Below are positions 17,879 to 27,400 of a stretch of DNA of 64,000 nucleotides, one piece after another. Below the pieces are notes generated by a model. The model did not search any database. It had not been told where the DNA came from and worked only from the letters and a program-made list of their open reading frames with translations. Numbering within the stretch: the first letter of the stretch is position 1; every line of letters begins with the position of its first letter. Origin of the DNA: an uncultured Gemmatimonadales bacterium. Lineage in GTDB: Bacteria; Gemmatimonadota; Gemmatimonadetes; Gemmatimonadales; GWC2-71-9. Position numbers and translations under genes: made by a program. The DNA is taken from assembly GCA_963795085.1 (NCBI GenBank), contig CAWCFX010000001.1:160001-224000 (forward strand), given 5' to 3'.

Positions 17879-19747
17879 CTATTGATCGGCATGCGGTCCC
17901 TGGTGCCCGGCTTCCTCCGCCTGGGGCAACTGCTTCAGCACCAGTACCTGTTCACCTCGGAACGGACTGGGAGTCGGGATGGCCCGGTCCAGCCCCATCG
18001 CCCCGAACAGGAGAAAGAGATAGAGGAGGGAATACTTGTACATGCCCCACGCCGTGGGGGTGACCGTGGTTTCCCTAAGCAGCCGTATGCAGTACCACAG
18101 GAGCCGGGCGCCGAGGAGGGTCGCGGCGATCGCGTAGAGGGTCCCCATGCTGCCGGCCAGCCACGGCAGGAGTGTCAGTGGCACCAGCATGACGGTATAG
18201 CCCAGCATCTGAATCTTGGTGTAGCGGTCGCCCCGGACCACCGGCATCATGGGTACGCCGGCCTTGGAATATTCGCCCTGCTTGATCAGGGCCAGGGCCC
18301 AGAAGTGAGGCGGGGTCCAGTAGAAAATGATGGCGAAAAGATAAATAGCCGTGAGGTCCAAGCTGCCGGTCATCGCCGTCCAGCCCACCAGCGGGGGAAA
18401 GGCCCCGGCTGCTCCGCCGATGACGATGTTCTGGGGACTCGAACGCTTGAGCCACACGGTATAGACCAGCACGTAGAACAGGAGGCCGGCCAGGGCCAGC
18501 CAGGCCGCCAGCGGGTTGGCCTGAAAGTATAGAATCGCGAAGGCCGCGGCGCCCAGCAGGGACCCGAAGGCAAGCACGAATCCCGCCGAGAGGCGGCCGG
18601 AGGGAATCGGCCGCAAGCGGGTCCGGCTCATCTTGTCGTCGATGTCCCGGTCGAACCACATATTGATGGCGTTGGCCCCGCCGGCCATGAGGTAGCCGCC
18701 GATCAGCACCCAGAACACCAGCCCCGCGCTCGGTAAGCCTGCCGGAGTGATGAACATCGGGAAGATCGTGGTAACGAGGAGCAGCGAGATGATCCTGGGC
18801 TTGGTCAGGCTGACCAGGTCGGCGAAGAGCCGCGGACGCGCCACGGCCGGTGCGCCGGTGCCGGCAACCGCTTCGGCAGCCGGCTCCTCGCTCCGGCTCA
18901 GTTGCACCAGCACGACCAGCCCTGCCCAGATCGCGGTGCCCATGAGGAGGTGAAGGGCGCGCAGGCCGCCGGGAAGCAGGTACAGGACCATCGCGGCGGC
19001 AATCCCCACCTGGGCCACTGCCATCAGGAGGATCATGGCCACCGGCAGGCCAAGCGAGGGCCGGTCCCGGCGCACCCGGAAGGCCAGCCAACCCAGGTAG
19101 GCCAGGAAGCCAAAGGCCGCCACGCGGTGCACCCAGTGGATGGTGCCAAACCGGGTGGGCGGTGGGAGGAGGCTGCCGGAGCAGAGCGGGAATCCCTGGC
19201 ACACGAACCCGGCGTGGTAATTGGCCACCAAGGCGCCCAGGAGGACCACAGCCAGGCCGAAGGCGGCACCGATGAGGGCCGGGCCGTAGGCCGGGCGGGG
19301 TGCCCCGGCGGGCCGCCCCGCCCGGAGGCCCGCGACCATCAGTGTCCCCAGCAGCAGCATGGCATTGCCGAGGTGGAGAATCACCACTTCCGGCGGCAGC
19401 TCGAGTTTGACCGTCACGGCGCCCAGCAGCACCTGCACGATCAGCAAGACCGCCGCCAGGGTGGCCGGGTTCCGGAGTTTTGGCTGGGACCGGTATTTCG
19501 TCCAGGCGAGGCCTGCGAGCGCGAAGACCATCACGCTAACGAGGGCCGCCGCCCAGCGGTGGCCGATCTCGATCATGGTGGGCAGGTCCAGGGGCGGGAA
19601 CCACTCCCCGTTGCACTTCGGCCAATGGTCGCCGCAGCCCATACCAGACCCGGTAATCCGGACGATCCCCCCCAGCAGAATGAGCGCGAAAGCCGATATC
19701 CCGGCCGTCCACGCCAGCCAACGGTACCCCCGCCCTGAAGCTGCCAT
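17879..19747 (-). CDS. Fused heme A synthase (CtaA/COX15) and heme O synthase (CtaB/CyoE)
   Basis: N-half GGIVRITGSGMGCGDHWPKC, EIGHR, HWVHR; C-half LTKPRII, DRDIDDKMSRTRLRPIPSG, NIVIGGAAG, WTPPHFWALA. Confidence 0.9.
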   Translation of the reverse strand: MAASGRGYRWLAWTAGISAFALILLGGIVRITGSGMGCGDHWPKCNGEWFPPLDLPTMIEIGHRWAAALVSVMVFALAGLAWTKYRSQPKLRNPATLAAVLLIVQVLLGAVTVKLELPPEVVILHLGNAMLLLGTLMVAGLRAGRPAGAPRPAYGPALIGAAFGLAVVLLGALVANYHAGFVCQGFPLCSGSLLPPPTRFGTIHWVHRVAAFGFLAYLGWLAFRVRRDRPSLGLPVAMILLMAVAQVGIAAAMVLYLLPGGLRALHLLMGTAIWAGLVVLVQLSRSEEPAAEAVAGTGAPAVARPRLFADLVSLTKPRIISLLLVTTIFPMFITPAGLPSAGLVFWVLIGGYLMAGGANAINMWFDRDIDDKMSRTRLRPIPSGRLSAGFVLAFGSLLGAAAFAILYFQANPLAAWLALAGLLFYVLVYTVWLKRSSPQNIVIGGAAGAFPPLVGWTAMTGSLDLTAIYLFAIIFYWTPPHFWALALIKQGEYSKAGVPMMPVVRGDRYTKIQMLGYTVMLVPLTLLPWLAGSMGTLYAIAATLLGARLLWYCIRLLRETTVTPTAWGMYKYSLLYLFLLFGAMGLDRAIPTPSPFRGEQVLVLKQLPQAEEAGHQGPHADQ

Positions 19748-19902
19748 AGTGGAACAGTTTACCCCGCCTGAAGTGTCCCAACCCCGCTGACCCCTCCCCC
19801 CGCCGGGGCTAAAGAACGAATGTCGGCAGGCGCTTGTCAAGCAACATTTTAGACGGCATCTTACCCGGTGTAAGTCATCCTTCCCCCCCACCACATGGTG
19901 TT

Positions 19903-21249
19903 ATGGCCGAACGCGACGAGTGGGGCGAACGTCTCCCCCGCCACCTGGGGCTCTGGAGTTCAATCGCGGTGCTGGTGGGTTCGACTATCGGCAGCGGGAT
20001 TTTCCGGGTTCCTGCCACCGTGGCGGCGGAACTGCAGACTCCGGGGCCGGTCCTGCTGGCGTGGGTCCTGGGGGGCTGCCTGGCCCTGTTCGGGGCCCTG
20101 ACCTTCGCCGAGCTGGCCGCCGCGATGCCCCGGTCGGGCGGGATCTTCGCCTACATCCTCGAGGCGTTCGGGCCCCTCCCGGCCTTTCTCTTCGGCTGGA
20201 CCGAGCTGGCGGTCGTTCGCGCCTCCGCCCTCGGCGCCATCGCGACCCTCTTCGCCGAGTATCTTGGCTACTTCGCCAACCTGAGCGACGCCCAGGTCCA
20301 CTACTTCGCCGCCGGGGCCATTATCCTGGTGGGCCTGTTCAACTATGTCGGGGTCGGCTACGCCTCGGTCGTGATGAACTTCATCACCGTCGCCAAGTAC
20401 GGGGCGCTGTTGCTGCTCGGCATGCTGGCATTCGCGGTAGGGGAGGGGAGCAGCGCCAACTTCACGCCCCTTTTCTCCGCCGGGCTCAACCTCTCCCTCC
20501 TGGCCAGCGCCCTGATCCCGATCATGTGGACGTATGACGGGTGGGCGGATCTGAGTTTCATGGGGGGAGAAGTGAAAGACCCGGGCCGCACCCTGCCGCT
20601 GGCCCTGATCATCGGGACCAGTCTGATCATCGTGGTTTATCTGCTGCTTAACCTGGCGTATATGTACCTGGTACCGCTGCCTGAAATGGCGGTGTCGCCG
20701 CTGATCACCACCACCGCCGCCGAGCGAATTCCGTTGCTCGGCGCGGCGGGCGCATCGGTGATCGCGGCGGTAGTAATGATCAGCGCGTTCGGCGCGCTCA
20801 ACGGGTCAATGATGACCGGCCCCCGGATCTTCTTCGCCATGGCGGACCGCGGGCTCTTCTTCCGGGGTATCGCCCGGGTCTCGCCCCGGTTCCAGAGCCC
20901 CTCGGTGGCGATCTGGCTGGCCACCGGCCTGGGCGTGCTCTACGTGCTGCTGAACGATTTCGCCCAGCTGGCCGACCGATTCATCCTCGGCATCTGGCCT
21001 TTCTACGCGATGGCCGTGGCGGCGGTGTTCGTGTTTCGCAAGAAGCGCCCCGACATGGAGCGCCCCTACCGGGCCTGGGGCTACCCGGTGGTCCCCGCTC
21101 TCTTTCTGCTGGCCTCGGTGGCCATGGTCGTCAACGAACTGGCAACCGACACCCGGAACACCGCCATCACGCTGGGAATCATCCTGGTGGGCGTGCCGGT
21201 GTACTACCTGTGGAGGGCTTTAGGGACGAGAACCAGGACTGAGGACTGA
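19903..21249 (+). CDS. APC family amino acid permease
   Basis: IGSGIFRVP, AELAAAMPRSGG, WTYDGW, GEVKDPGRTLP, RPYRAWGYP. Confidence 0.92.
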   Translation: MAERDEWGERLPRHLGLWSSIAVLVGSTIGSGIFRVPATVAAELQTPGPVLLAWVLGGCLALFGALTFAELAAAMPRSGGIFAYILEAFGPLPAFLFGWTELAVVRASALGAIATLFAEYLGYFANLSDAQVHYFAAGAIILVGLFNYVGVGYASVVMNFITVAKYGALLLLGMLAFAVGEGSSANFTPLFSAGLNLSLLASALIPIMWTYDGWADLSFMGGEVKDPGRTLPLALIIGTSLIIVVYLLLNLAYMYLVPLPEMAVSPLITTTAAERIPLLGAAGASVIAAVVMISAFGALNGSMMTGPRIFFAMADRGLFFRGIARVSPRFQSPSVAIWLATGLGVLYVLLNDFAQLADRFILGIWPFYAMAVAAVFVFRKKRPDMERPYRAWGYPVVPALFLLASVAMVVNELATDTRNTAITLGIILVGVPVYYLWRALGTRTRTED

Positions 21250-21255
21250 GGGGTG
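21226..21255. repeat. Heptamer repeat, left flank of four-helix-bundle gene
   Basis: ..CAGGACT GAGGACT GAGGGG; imperfect inverted copy at 21736-21760. Confidence 0.55.
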
Positions 21256-21339
21256 TGAGTTAAATGCTTGAGTGGAAATGTTTCCCGGTGGCGTGATTAT
21301 GTTGCCCATCAATCGGCTTGGCGATCCATATTTCGGGTT

Positions 21340-21728
21340 ATGCCAATCGCCGACTTCGAAGACCTGATCGCAAGGAGGAAGGCCAGGGGGCTTCTGCAGG
21401 CCGTGGCTGGAAACGACTGCCCCTCCGTCGTGACTATGCCATGTGCGACCAGCTGCGTCGTTCCTCATCGTCGACCATGGCCAATATCGCCGAAGGATTC
21501 GAAAGAGGGCGACCCACGGAGTTTCGCCAGTTCCTGTCAATAGCCAAGGGTTCCTGCGGTGAGGTACGCTCGCATCTCCATGCACTGAAGGATTTCGGCT
21601 ATCTGGCTCCCGAAAGAGCCAATCAGCTGATCGAGCAGGCTCGTGAGGTGGGGCGCATTATCGGGGGTCTGAGAGTCGCTGTCAGCCGCCGGTGTAAGCC
21701 GGTACTGACACAGCGCACCAACTCCTGA
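21340..21728 (+). pseudogene. Four-helix-bundle protein (TIGR02436 / S23-IVP-like), frameshifted
   Basis: MPIADFEDLIARRKAR in one frame (ATG 21340), RDYAMCDQLRRSSSSTMANIAEGFERG..EFRQFLSIAKGSCGEVRS in another; shift near 21405-21430. Confidence 0.8.
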
Positions 21729-21735
21729 ACATAAC

Positions 21736-21760
21736 CCCCCTCAGTACTCAGCACTCGTCT
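21736..21760. repeat. Heptamer repeat, right flank of four-helix-bundle gene
   Basis: CCCC CTCAGTA CTCAGCA CTCGTCT; reverse-complement-like to 21226-21255. Confidence 0.55.
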
Positions 21761-21763
21761 CGG

Positions 21764-22840
21764 CTAGGTTTGCACCCGCTTGAGCAGCACCAGTCCCGCC
21801 GCCAGGAAGAGCACGTTGGGAAACCAGGCCGCCACGTGGGGGTTGACCACGCCACCGGCGCCGACTGCCTTCGCGATCTGCGCCATCATGAGGAACGTCA
21901 CGGTGGTGCCGAGGGCCACGGCGATGCCCATGGCGGTCCCGGCCCGGGGCGAGGTCACCCCGAGGGGTGCACCAAAGATGGCGATCACCAGGCAGGTGGC
22001 CGGGAGGGCGAGTTTGAGTGCCTGTTCCACCACGATCTTGTTCACCTCGTTGCCGGAGCGCCGCAGCGATTCGATATAGCGGCCCAACTCGGCGTAGCGC
22101 ATCTCGTCCGGGGCCTTGGGCTCGATCAGCAATTCGGCCGGTGACTCTTTCATGACGGCCAGGGTCATGCTGCCGAAGGCAAAGGCGTCCTCATCCGCCC
22201 CCGCCCGTACCGACCGGGTGGTGCCGCGCCAGAGTCTCCAGGATTCCGCCTGGGGGTCCCAGGTCGCGCTGTCGGCCTGGATGGCGAGGGTGGGGTATTC
22301 CTCTCCGTCTCCCTGCCGTTCCAGTACCAGGTTTCTGAGGGCCCGGCTGGCCAGGTCCAGCGAGCCGATGGTATAAACCCAGCCTTCCTCGGCCCGGTAC
22401 ACGAAGTTGTAGCGCGCCACCTGGGAACGGTCCCGGTCCGGGTTCTGGATCTCGTTCATGCGGGCGGTGGAGCCGGGAGCCAGTTCGCCGACCACCACCG
22501 CGAGGATCGAGGCGCCGAAGGCCGCCAGGAAGATGGGCCGCATCAGCCGGTAGAAGCTCTGCCCGCCGGCCTTCGCCGCGGTGAGCTCGGAATTGCGGCT
22601 CAGGGCTCCCACGGTAAAAACGGTGGCAAACAGCACCGCCGCCGGCATCACCAGGGAGACGTTCTCCGGGATGGAGTAGAAGTAGCTCAGTGCGATCTGC
22701 CCGGCCGTCAGGCCGCGAGAAAGCCATTTGTCGAGGAAATCGATCAGGTTGATGACGATCGAAACCAGCGGGAACCCGAGGGCGGTGATCACGAAGATCC
22801 GGACCCAGGACCGGAGCACGTAGGCGTCGAGGGTGCGCAT
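21764..22840 (-). CDS. lptG: LptF/LptG family LPS export permease (LptG-like)
   Basis: MRTLDAYVLR, PAAVLFAT..LSRNSELTAAKAGG, AAWFPN; translationally coupled to the upstream paralog. Confidence 0.8.
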   Translation of the reverse strand: MRTLDAYVLRSWVRIFVITALGFPLVSIVINLIDFLDKWLSRGLTAGQIALSYFYSIPENVSLVMPAAVLFATVFTVGALSRNSELTAAKAGGQSFYRLMRPIFLAAFGASILAVVVGELAPGSTARMNEIQNPDRDRSQVARYNFVYRAEEGWVYTIGSLDLASRALRNLVLERQGDGEEYPTLAIQADSATWDPQAESWRLWRGTTRSVRAGADEDAFAFGSMTLAVMKESPAELLIEPKAPDEMRYAELGRYIESLRRSGNEVNKIVVEQALKLALPATCLVIAIFGAPLGVTSPRAGTAMGIAVALGTTVTFLMMAQIAKAVGAGGVVNPHVAAWFPNVLFLAAGLVLLKRVQT

Positions 22841-24438
22841 CAGGCGTTCCTCCGCCGGCGCCAGCGTCCGAGGATCGCGTCGAGCAGCTCGGAAAAATCT
22901 CCGCCCCGGGTGGAGCCCGATTCGCGAGAGACTCGGAACAGGCCGATGATACCCAGGACCACGAAGAGCATATTGGAGGCCCACATGGCCGCAACCGGGC
23001 TCACGATGGCCCGGTCGCCCAGCGCCTCTCCGGCGATCAGGCCGATGTAGTACACCGAGAACACGGCCAGGCCGCCTCCCAGGACCAGGCCCATGCCGCC
23101 CCTGGGGAACCGGAGTGCCATGGGAATTCCCACCAAAACAAAGACGACACAGGCTACCGCGATGGACCACTTCTTGTGGACCTCGATGGCGTACTTCCCG
23201 GCCAGCTGCAGGGCGTCCTGGGCCCGGGTCGCCGCGTTGGTCACCTCCGGATAGGTGGTCAACTGGATCCGGATCGCGGAATCAGCGGCCGGGGCGCCGG
23301 GTGCAGTGATGCCGGAGGCGCTATCTGGGGGTAGCAGACCCCTCCGGATGCTGTCGGCCCGGAGCTTCCGGGCCCGGATTTCGGCCGGAATTGCTGTCTG
23401 ATCGCGGAGCCGGCTGACCTGGGGCCTGGCCTGCTGTGCGGGCTCCTGCGCTTCAGCCGTCTTCGGAGAGAGGAAGCCGCCGATCCGCTCGAACCAGGCA
23501 CAGTACCCTCCGGGCCGAGCCGCCGTGAGTTGTGGGGGGGGGTCGGGCAGGCTCAGGCCGAGCAGCTTTCTCAGATCCCGGGCCCGGAGGTACAGCCGCT
23601 CCAGGTCTGCCTGCCGGCTGTCCCGCCGGTGCTGCTCAATGACTGCCATCATCTCGCAGGTGCTCATCTCGCGGTCGCCCCGGGTAGCCTCCACGAAGTT
23701 GGCTTCGAACTGGTTGGTGATATCCTTAACCCGGATGTCGTTGACCCCGAAGTAGGTCAACTGGAAGACCTCGGGCTGGGCGCTCTTGAACTGGTGAACC
23801 GAGCCGGAGAAGAGCCGCAGGCTCAGGTCGGTCTCGTCCGGGGTGAGCGCCATGACGCCGCTGTCGGCGTACACAACCCGCCGGCCGCCGGTGGCGTTCA
23901 TGTCGTAGATCGTGACCTCACGCATCCGCCCGGTGTTGGGGTCAATGCGGAGGGCCCGCAGAAAGATCCCGGCCGGTCCCAGTTCGTTGATGACCTGTTC
24001 CCGCAGTTCGAACGTGGGCTTCTTGCGGCCAATATTCAGCAGCAGGTTCCGGAGCTGGGCATTGCTGCGGGGCAGGACCTGGTCGCTGAAGAGAAAGCTT
24101 GCCAGCGCGATGACCAGTCCGACCGCGAAGACTGGCCGCACCACCTGGAAGACGCTGATGCCGCTGGCCCGCATGGCGGTAACTTCGTTGTCGGCGGCGA
24201 GGTGGGTGAACGTATAGAGCACCGCCATCAGCACGGCCATCGGCAGCGTGATGGCCACGATAAACGGAATGCTCAGTCCGAAGACCTCGCCGATCACGTT
24301 CCAGGGCAGGCCCTTGCCCACCAGGGCGCCGAACCGGCGGGCGACCTGGTTGAGGATCATGATGCTGGTGAGCGCCGCCAGGGCAAAGAGAAACGGCGCC
24401 ACCATCTGGCGGAGCAGATAGCGGCTGAGGAGACGCAT
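22840..24438 (-). CDS. lptF: LptF/LptG family LPS export permease (LptF-like, extended periplasmic region)
   Basis: MRLLSRYLLR, LPMAVL..LAADNEVTAMRASGIS, EVHKKWSIAVAC, AMWASN. Confidence 0.8.
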   Translation of the reverse strand: MRLLSRYLLRQMVAPFLFALAALTSIMILNQVARRFGALVGKGLPWNVIGEVFGLSIPFIVAITLPMAVLMAVLYTFTHLAADNEVTAMRASGISVFQVVRPVFAVGLVIALASFLFSDQVLPRSNAQLRNLLLNIGRKKPTFELREQVINELGPAGIFLRALRIDPNTGRMREVTIYDMNATGGRRVVYADSGVMALTPDETDLSLRLFSGSVHQFKSAQPEVFQLTYFGVNDIRVKDITNQFEANFVEATRGDREMSTCEMMAVIEQHRRDSRQADLERLYLRARDLRKLLGLSLPDPPPQLTAARPGGYCAWFERIGGFLSPKTAEAQEPAQQARPQVSRLRDQTAIPAEIRARKLRADSIRRGLLPPDSASGITAPGAPAADSAIRIQLTTYPEVTNAATRAQDALQLAGKYAIEVHKKWSIAVACVVFVLVGIPMALRFPRGGMGLVLGGGLAVFSVYYIGLIAGEALGDRAIVSPVAAMWASNMLFVVLGIIGLFRVSRESGSTRGGDFSELLDAILGRWRRRRNA

Positions 24439-24468
24439 TGGTCAGTGGCCGATGGTTGAAGCCAGGCG

Positions 24469-27400
24469 GTGGCGGCTGTTCATGTCCTGTTCCTGGTGCT
24501 GGTTCGTTCCCGGTCCGGCTATATTTCCCGAATTCCCTTGCCCCAGCGTCCGATTTCGTCCCGACTCTCCCTGTTGCTGCCGGCTCTGGCCGTTGTGCTC
24601 GGCCTGACCCTTCTTCCGACCACGGCGAAGGGACAGGCGGATTCGGTCATCCCCGGTTTCCAGGCATCCTTTAAGATACCCGGGCCGGCCCTGGTGTCGC
24701 CGATTCCCCTTCGCCTCAGCACCGGCCGGCCGGGGGAAGTCGGCGTGTCGGGCCGCTGGGATGCCAGCTTTGCCCACAGCCTGGATTCCTCCCGGGCCAT
24801 CCGGGCCATGGCGTACCGGCTGCGCAGCATCTACGGGGAGGCGGGGCAGCGTCCGCCCCGGACCCGTGTGGAGCCGCGGGACCAGGGCATCCTCAGCCTG
24901 CCGTCTCAATATGCCGATCTCACGATCGACGGCACAGCCAGGGTGGAGATCCGGACCGACCGGGTCAAGAACGAACGCTGTACGCCCGCGGCCCTGCTCG
25001 ACCCCGCCTCCGGGTGCCGGGGCGGCTTCAGCGCCCCCCGGATTGACAACCAGTTCAATGTGCTGGCCGGGGGCCTGATCGGCCGCCGACTCCATGTCAA
25101 CGTGGACTACGACTCGGAACGCGACTTCGGCGGCAACGACAATATCCAGGTCTACTACCAGGGCCTGGAAGACGAGATCGTCCAGCGGGTGGAGGTGGGA
25201 ACGGTCACCTTTCGCCCCCCGGCCTCCCGGTTCATAACCGCGGCGATTCCCGCCAATAACTTCGGCATTAACGCCACGTTCGAAGTGGGGCCGTTCCAGA
25301 TCCAGGCGATTGCCGCCCAGCAGAAGGGGAGTTCTGTAGCAGAACGTACCTTCACCGTCGGCGAACGGATTACCCAGCCGCAGGACCGGCAGGTCCGCGA
25401 TCTGGACTTTGAAGCGGGACGATTTCTCTGGGTCATTGATCCCGCAATTCTGCCGGGTTACCCGGCCATCGACATCCTGAACGTTAATTCGGCGGCCGCC
25501 GCAGCGGACCAGCGCCCCCAGTCCGAGCTCCGGATCTACCGTTACCGTCCAGTCCAGTCCCAGGGGGGCGCGAATGCCAATGTGGGCGGCATCAACGCGG
25601 TCGCGATCAGCGCCGACGGGGTCCAGCGGCAGACGGCACGCTGGGAGCTGCTGATTCAGAATCAGGATTATTACCTGGATGCCTCTGGACTCTGGTTCAC
25701 GCTTGCGTCCAAGCTGGACCAGAAGGATTATCTGGCGGTCAGCTACCTGACGGCCGCCGGCACCCGGGTAGGAACCGGCCCGGTGACCGACACGCCGGTC
25801 GTGCCAGGCACCGCGCCGCGAGACACCCTGAGACTCATCGTGGAGCCGCTGGTCAGCTCCGACCGGACCACCTTCCGGCACGAGATGCGGCAGGTGTACC
25901 GGGTGGCCGGTGCCGATCTTGACCTGAACTCTCTCCGGGTGGACCTGTCCGTCAACCAGACCGAGCGGCCCCTCTCCGGGACGGCCAGCACCTATCTGGC
26001 CCTGCTGGGTCTGTCGCTGCCGACCGACGAAAGCATTTTCGACGCCTACAGCCGGCTGTTTCCCCGGCTCCAGGATACCCAGGCTGGCCAGACGATCAGG
26101 GAATCCTACATCGTTTTTCCCCACCTGCGACCATTTGCCGATGCGACCCGGCTGCAGCCGGCTGAGCGTTCCGACTCGCTGTACACGACGCCGCTGTACC
26201 TGGTGCTCTCCCAGGGTCCGCCCGCAAAGTTCCTGTTCCGGCTCCGGTACAGCGCCAGCGGCAACGAGGATCGCTCCACCCTGGACCTGAATGCCCTGCA
26301 GATCAGGGAAGGGAGCGAGCGCATTTCCGCGAACGGGCAGGTGCTGGAACGGGGGACGGACTATTCGATCGATTACAACACGGGCCGGGTGACCTTTTTG
26401 ACGCCGGATCTTCTCTTCGGGAACACGCCGGCCCAGGTCTCCGCCCGGTTCGAGGAGCGAGGCTTTTTCGCCATCGCTCCCACGACCATCTTTGGAGGCT
26501 CCGCCCAGTACCGGATGGGAGACCGCGGAAATATCAACCTGATCGGTATCTACCAGTATGAGCAGACGGCATTCAACCGGCCGCCGCTGGGATTCGAGCC
26601 GGAAGCGACCCTGGTGGCGGGCATCAACACCGACCTGCACTTTCGCCCCAATGTCTTGACCCGGGTTCTTGACGGGCTGACCAGTGGCGGGGCGACCGCC
26701 CCGTCCCGGCTCGATGTCACAGCGGAATTCGCGGTGACCCGGCCGGATCCCAACCGGGCCGGCGCCGCCTTCCTCGAGGAGTTCGAATCCGATGCCGGGA
26801 TCGACATTTCGCTGCGGGAGAACCTGTGGGGCCTCGCCAGCCGCCCCCAGTCGGCAGATGGGCTGGTCGCGGAGATTCCCGATTTCGCCGCTGGTTTCGA
26901 CTCTACCTGGGCCTCCCAGCTGACCTGGCAAAACCTGGTGCCCGCCTGCCGGGTGGTCTCCGAATGCGGCCCGATCCAGTTGCGTGCGGAGGACATCGAT
27001 CCCAATGTGACGATCGTGGGGACCGGCTCCCAGCGCGAAACGATCATGTTCATGACCCTGCACGCGGACACGGCGGGCGGCATCGTCAACAACCGGAACG
27101 AATCCGCCTGGACGCTGCCGCGGACCGACTTCCAGCCGCGGTGGCGCTCCATCGTGACCTCGCTGAGCACGACCGGGACCGACCTGTCGCGCAGCGAATA
27201 CATGGAGTTCTGGGTATTCCAGGATGGCCGGCGCTCCGCCGACAGCGCCGGGGTGCGGCTGGTGCTTGACCTGGGTTCCGTCAACGAGGATGCCCTGGCC
27301 ATCGTGCCGGAATCGCTTTCGGTGAATGGTTCCGACAGCACCTTTTCCGGCCGGGCATACACCGGGGTGAACCGGCTGGATTCGGAGCGGGATCCGACCG

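Noticed and set aside
21340..21728. Diversity-generating retroelement (Avd-like gene)
   Set aside because: No reverse transcriptase and no TR/VR pair with adenine-specific mismatches seen in the window.
24442..27063. 873-aa minus-strand ORF opposite sprA
   Set aside because: Shadow ORF of sprA with no protein-family features.
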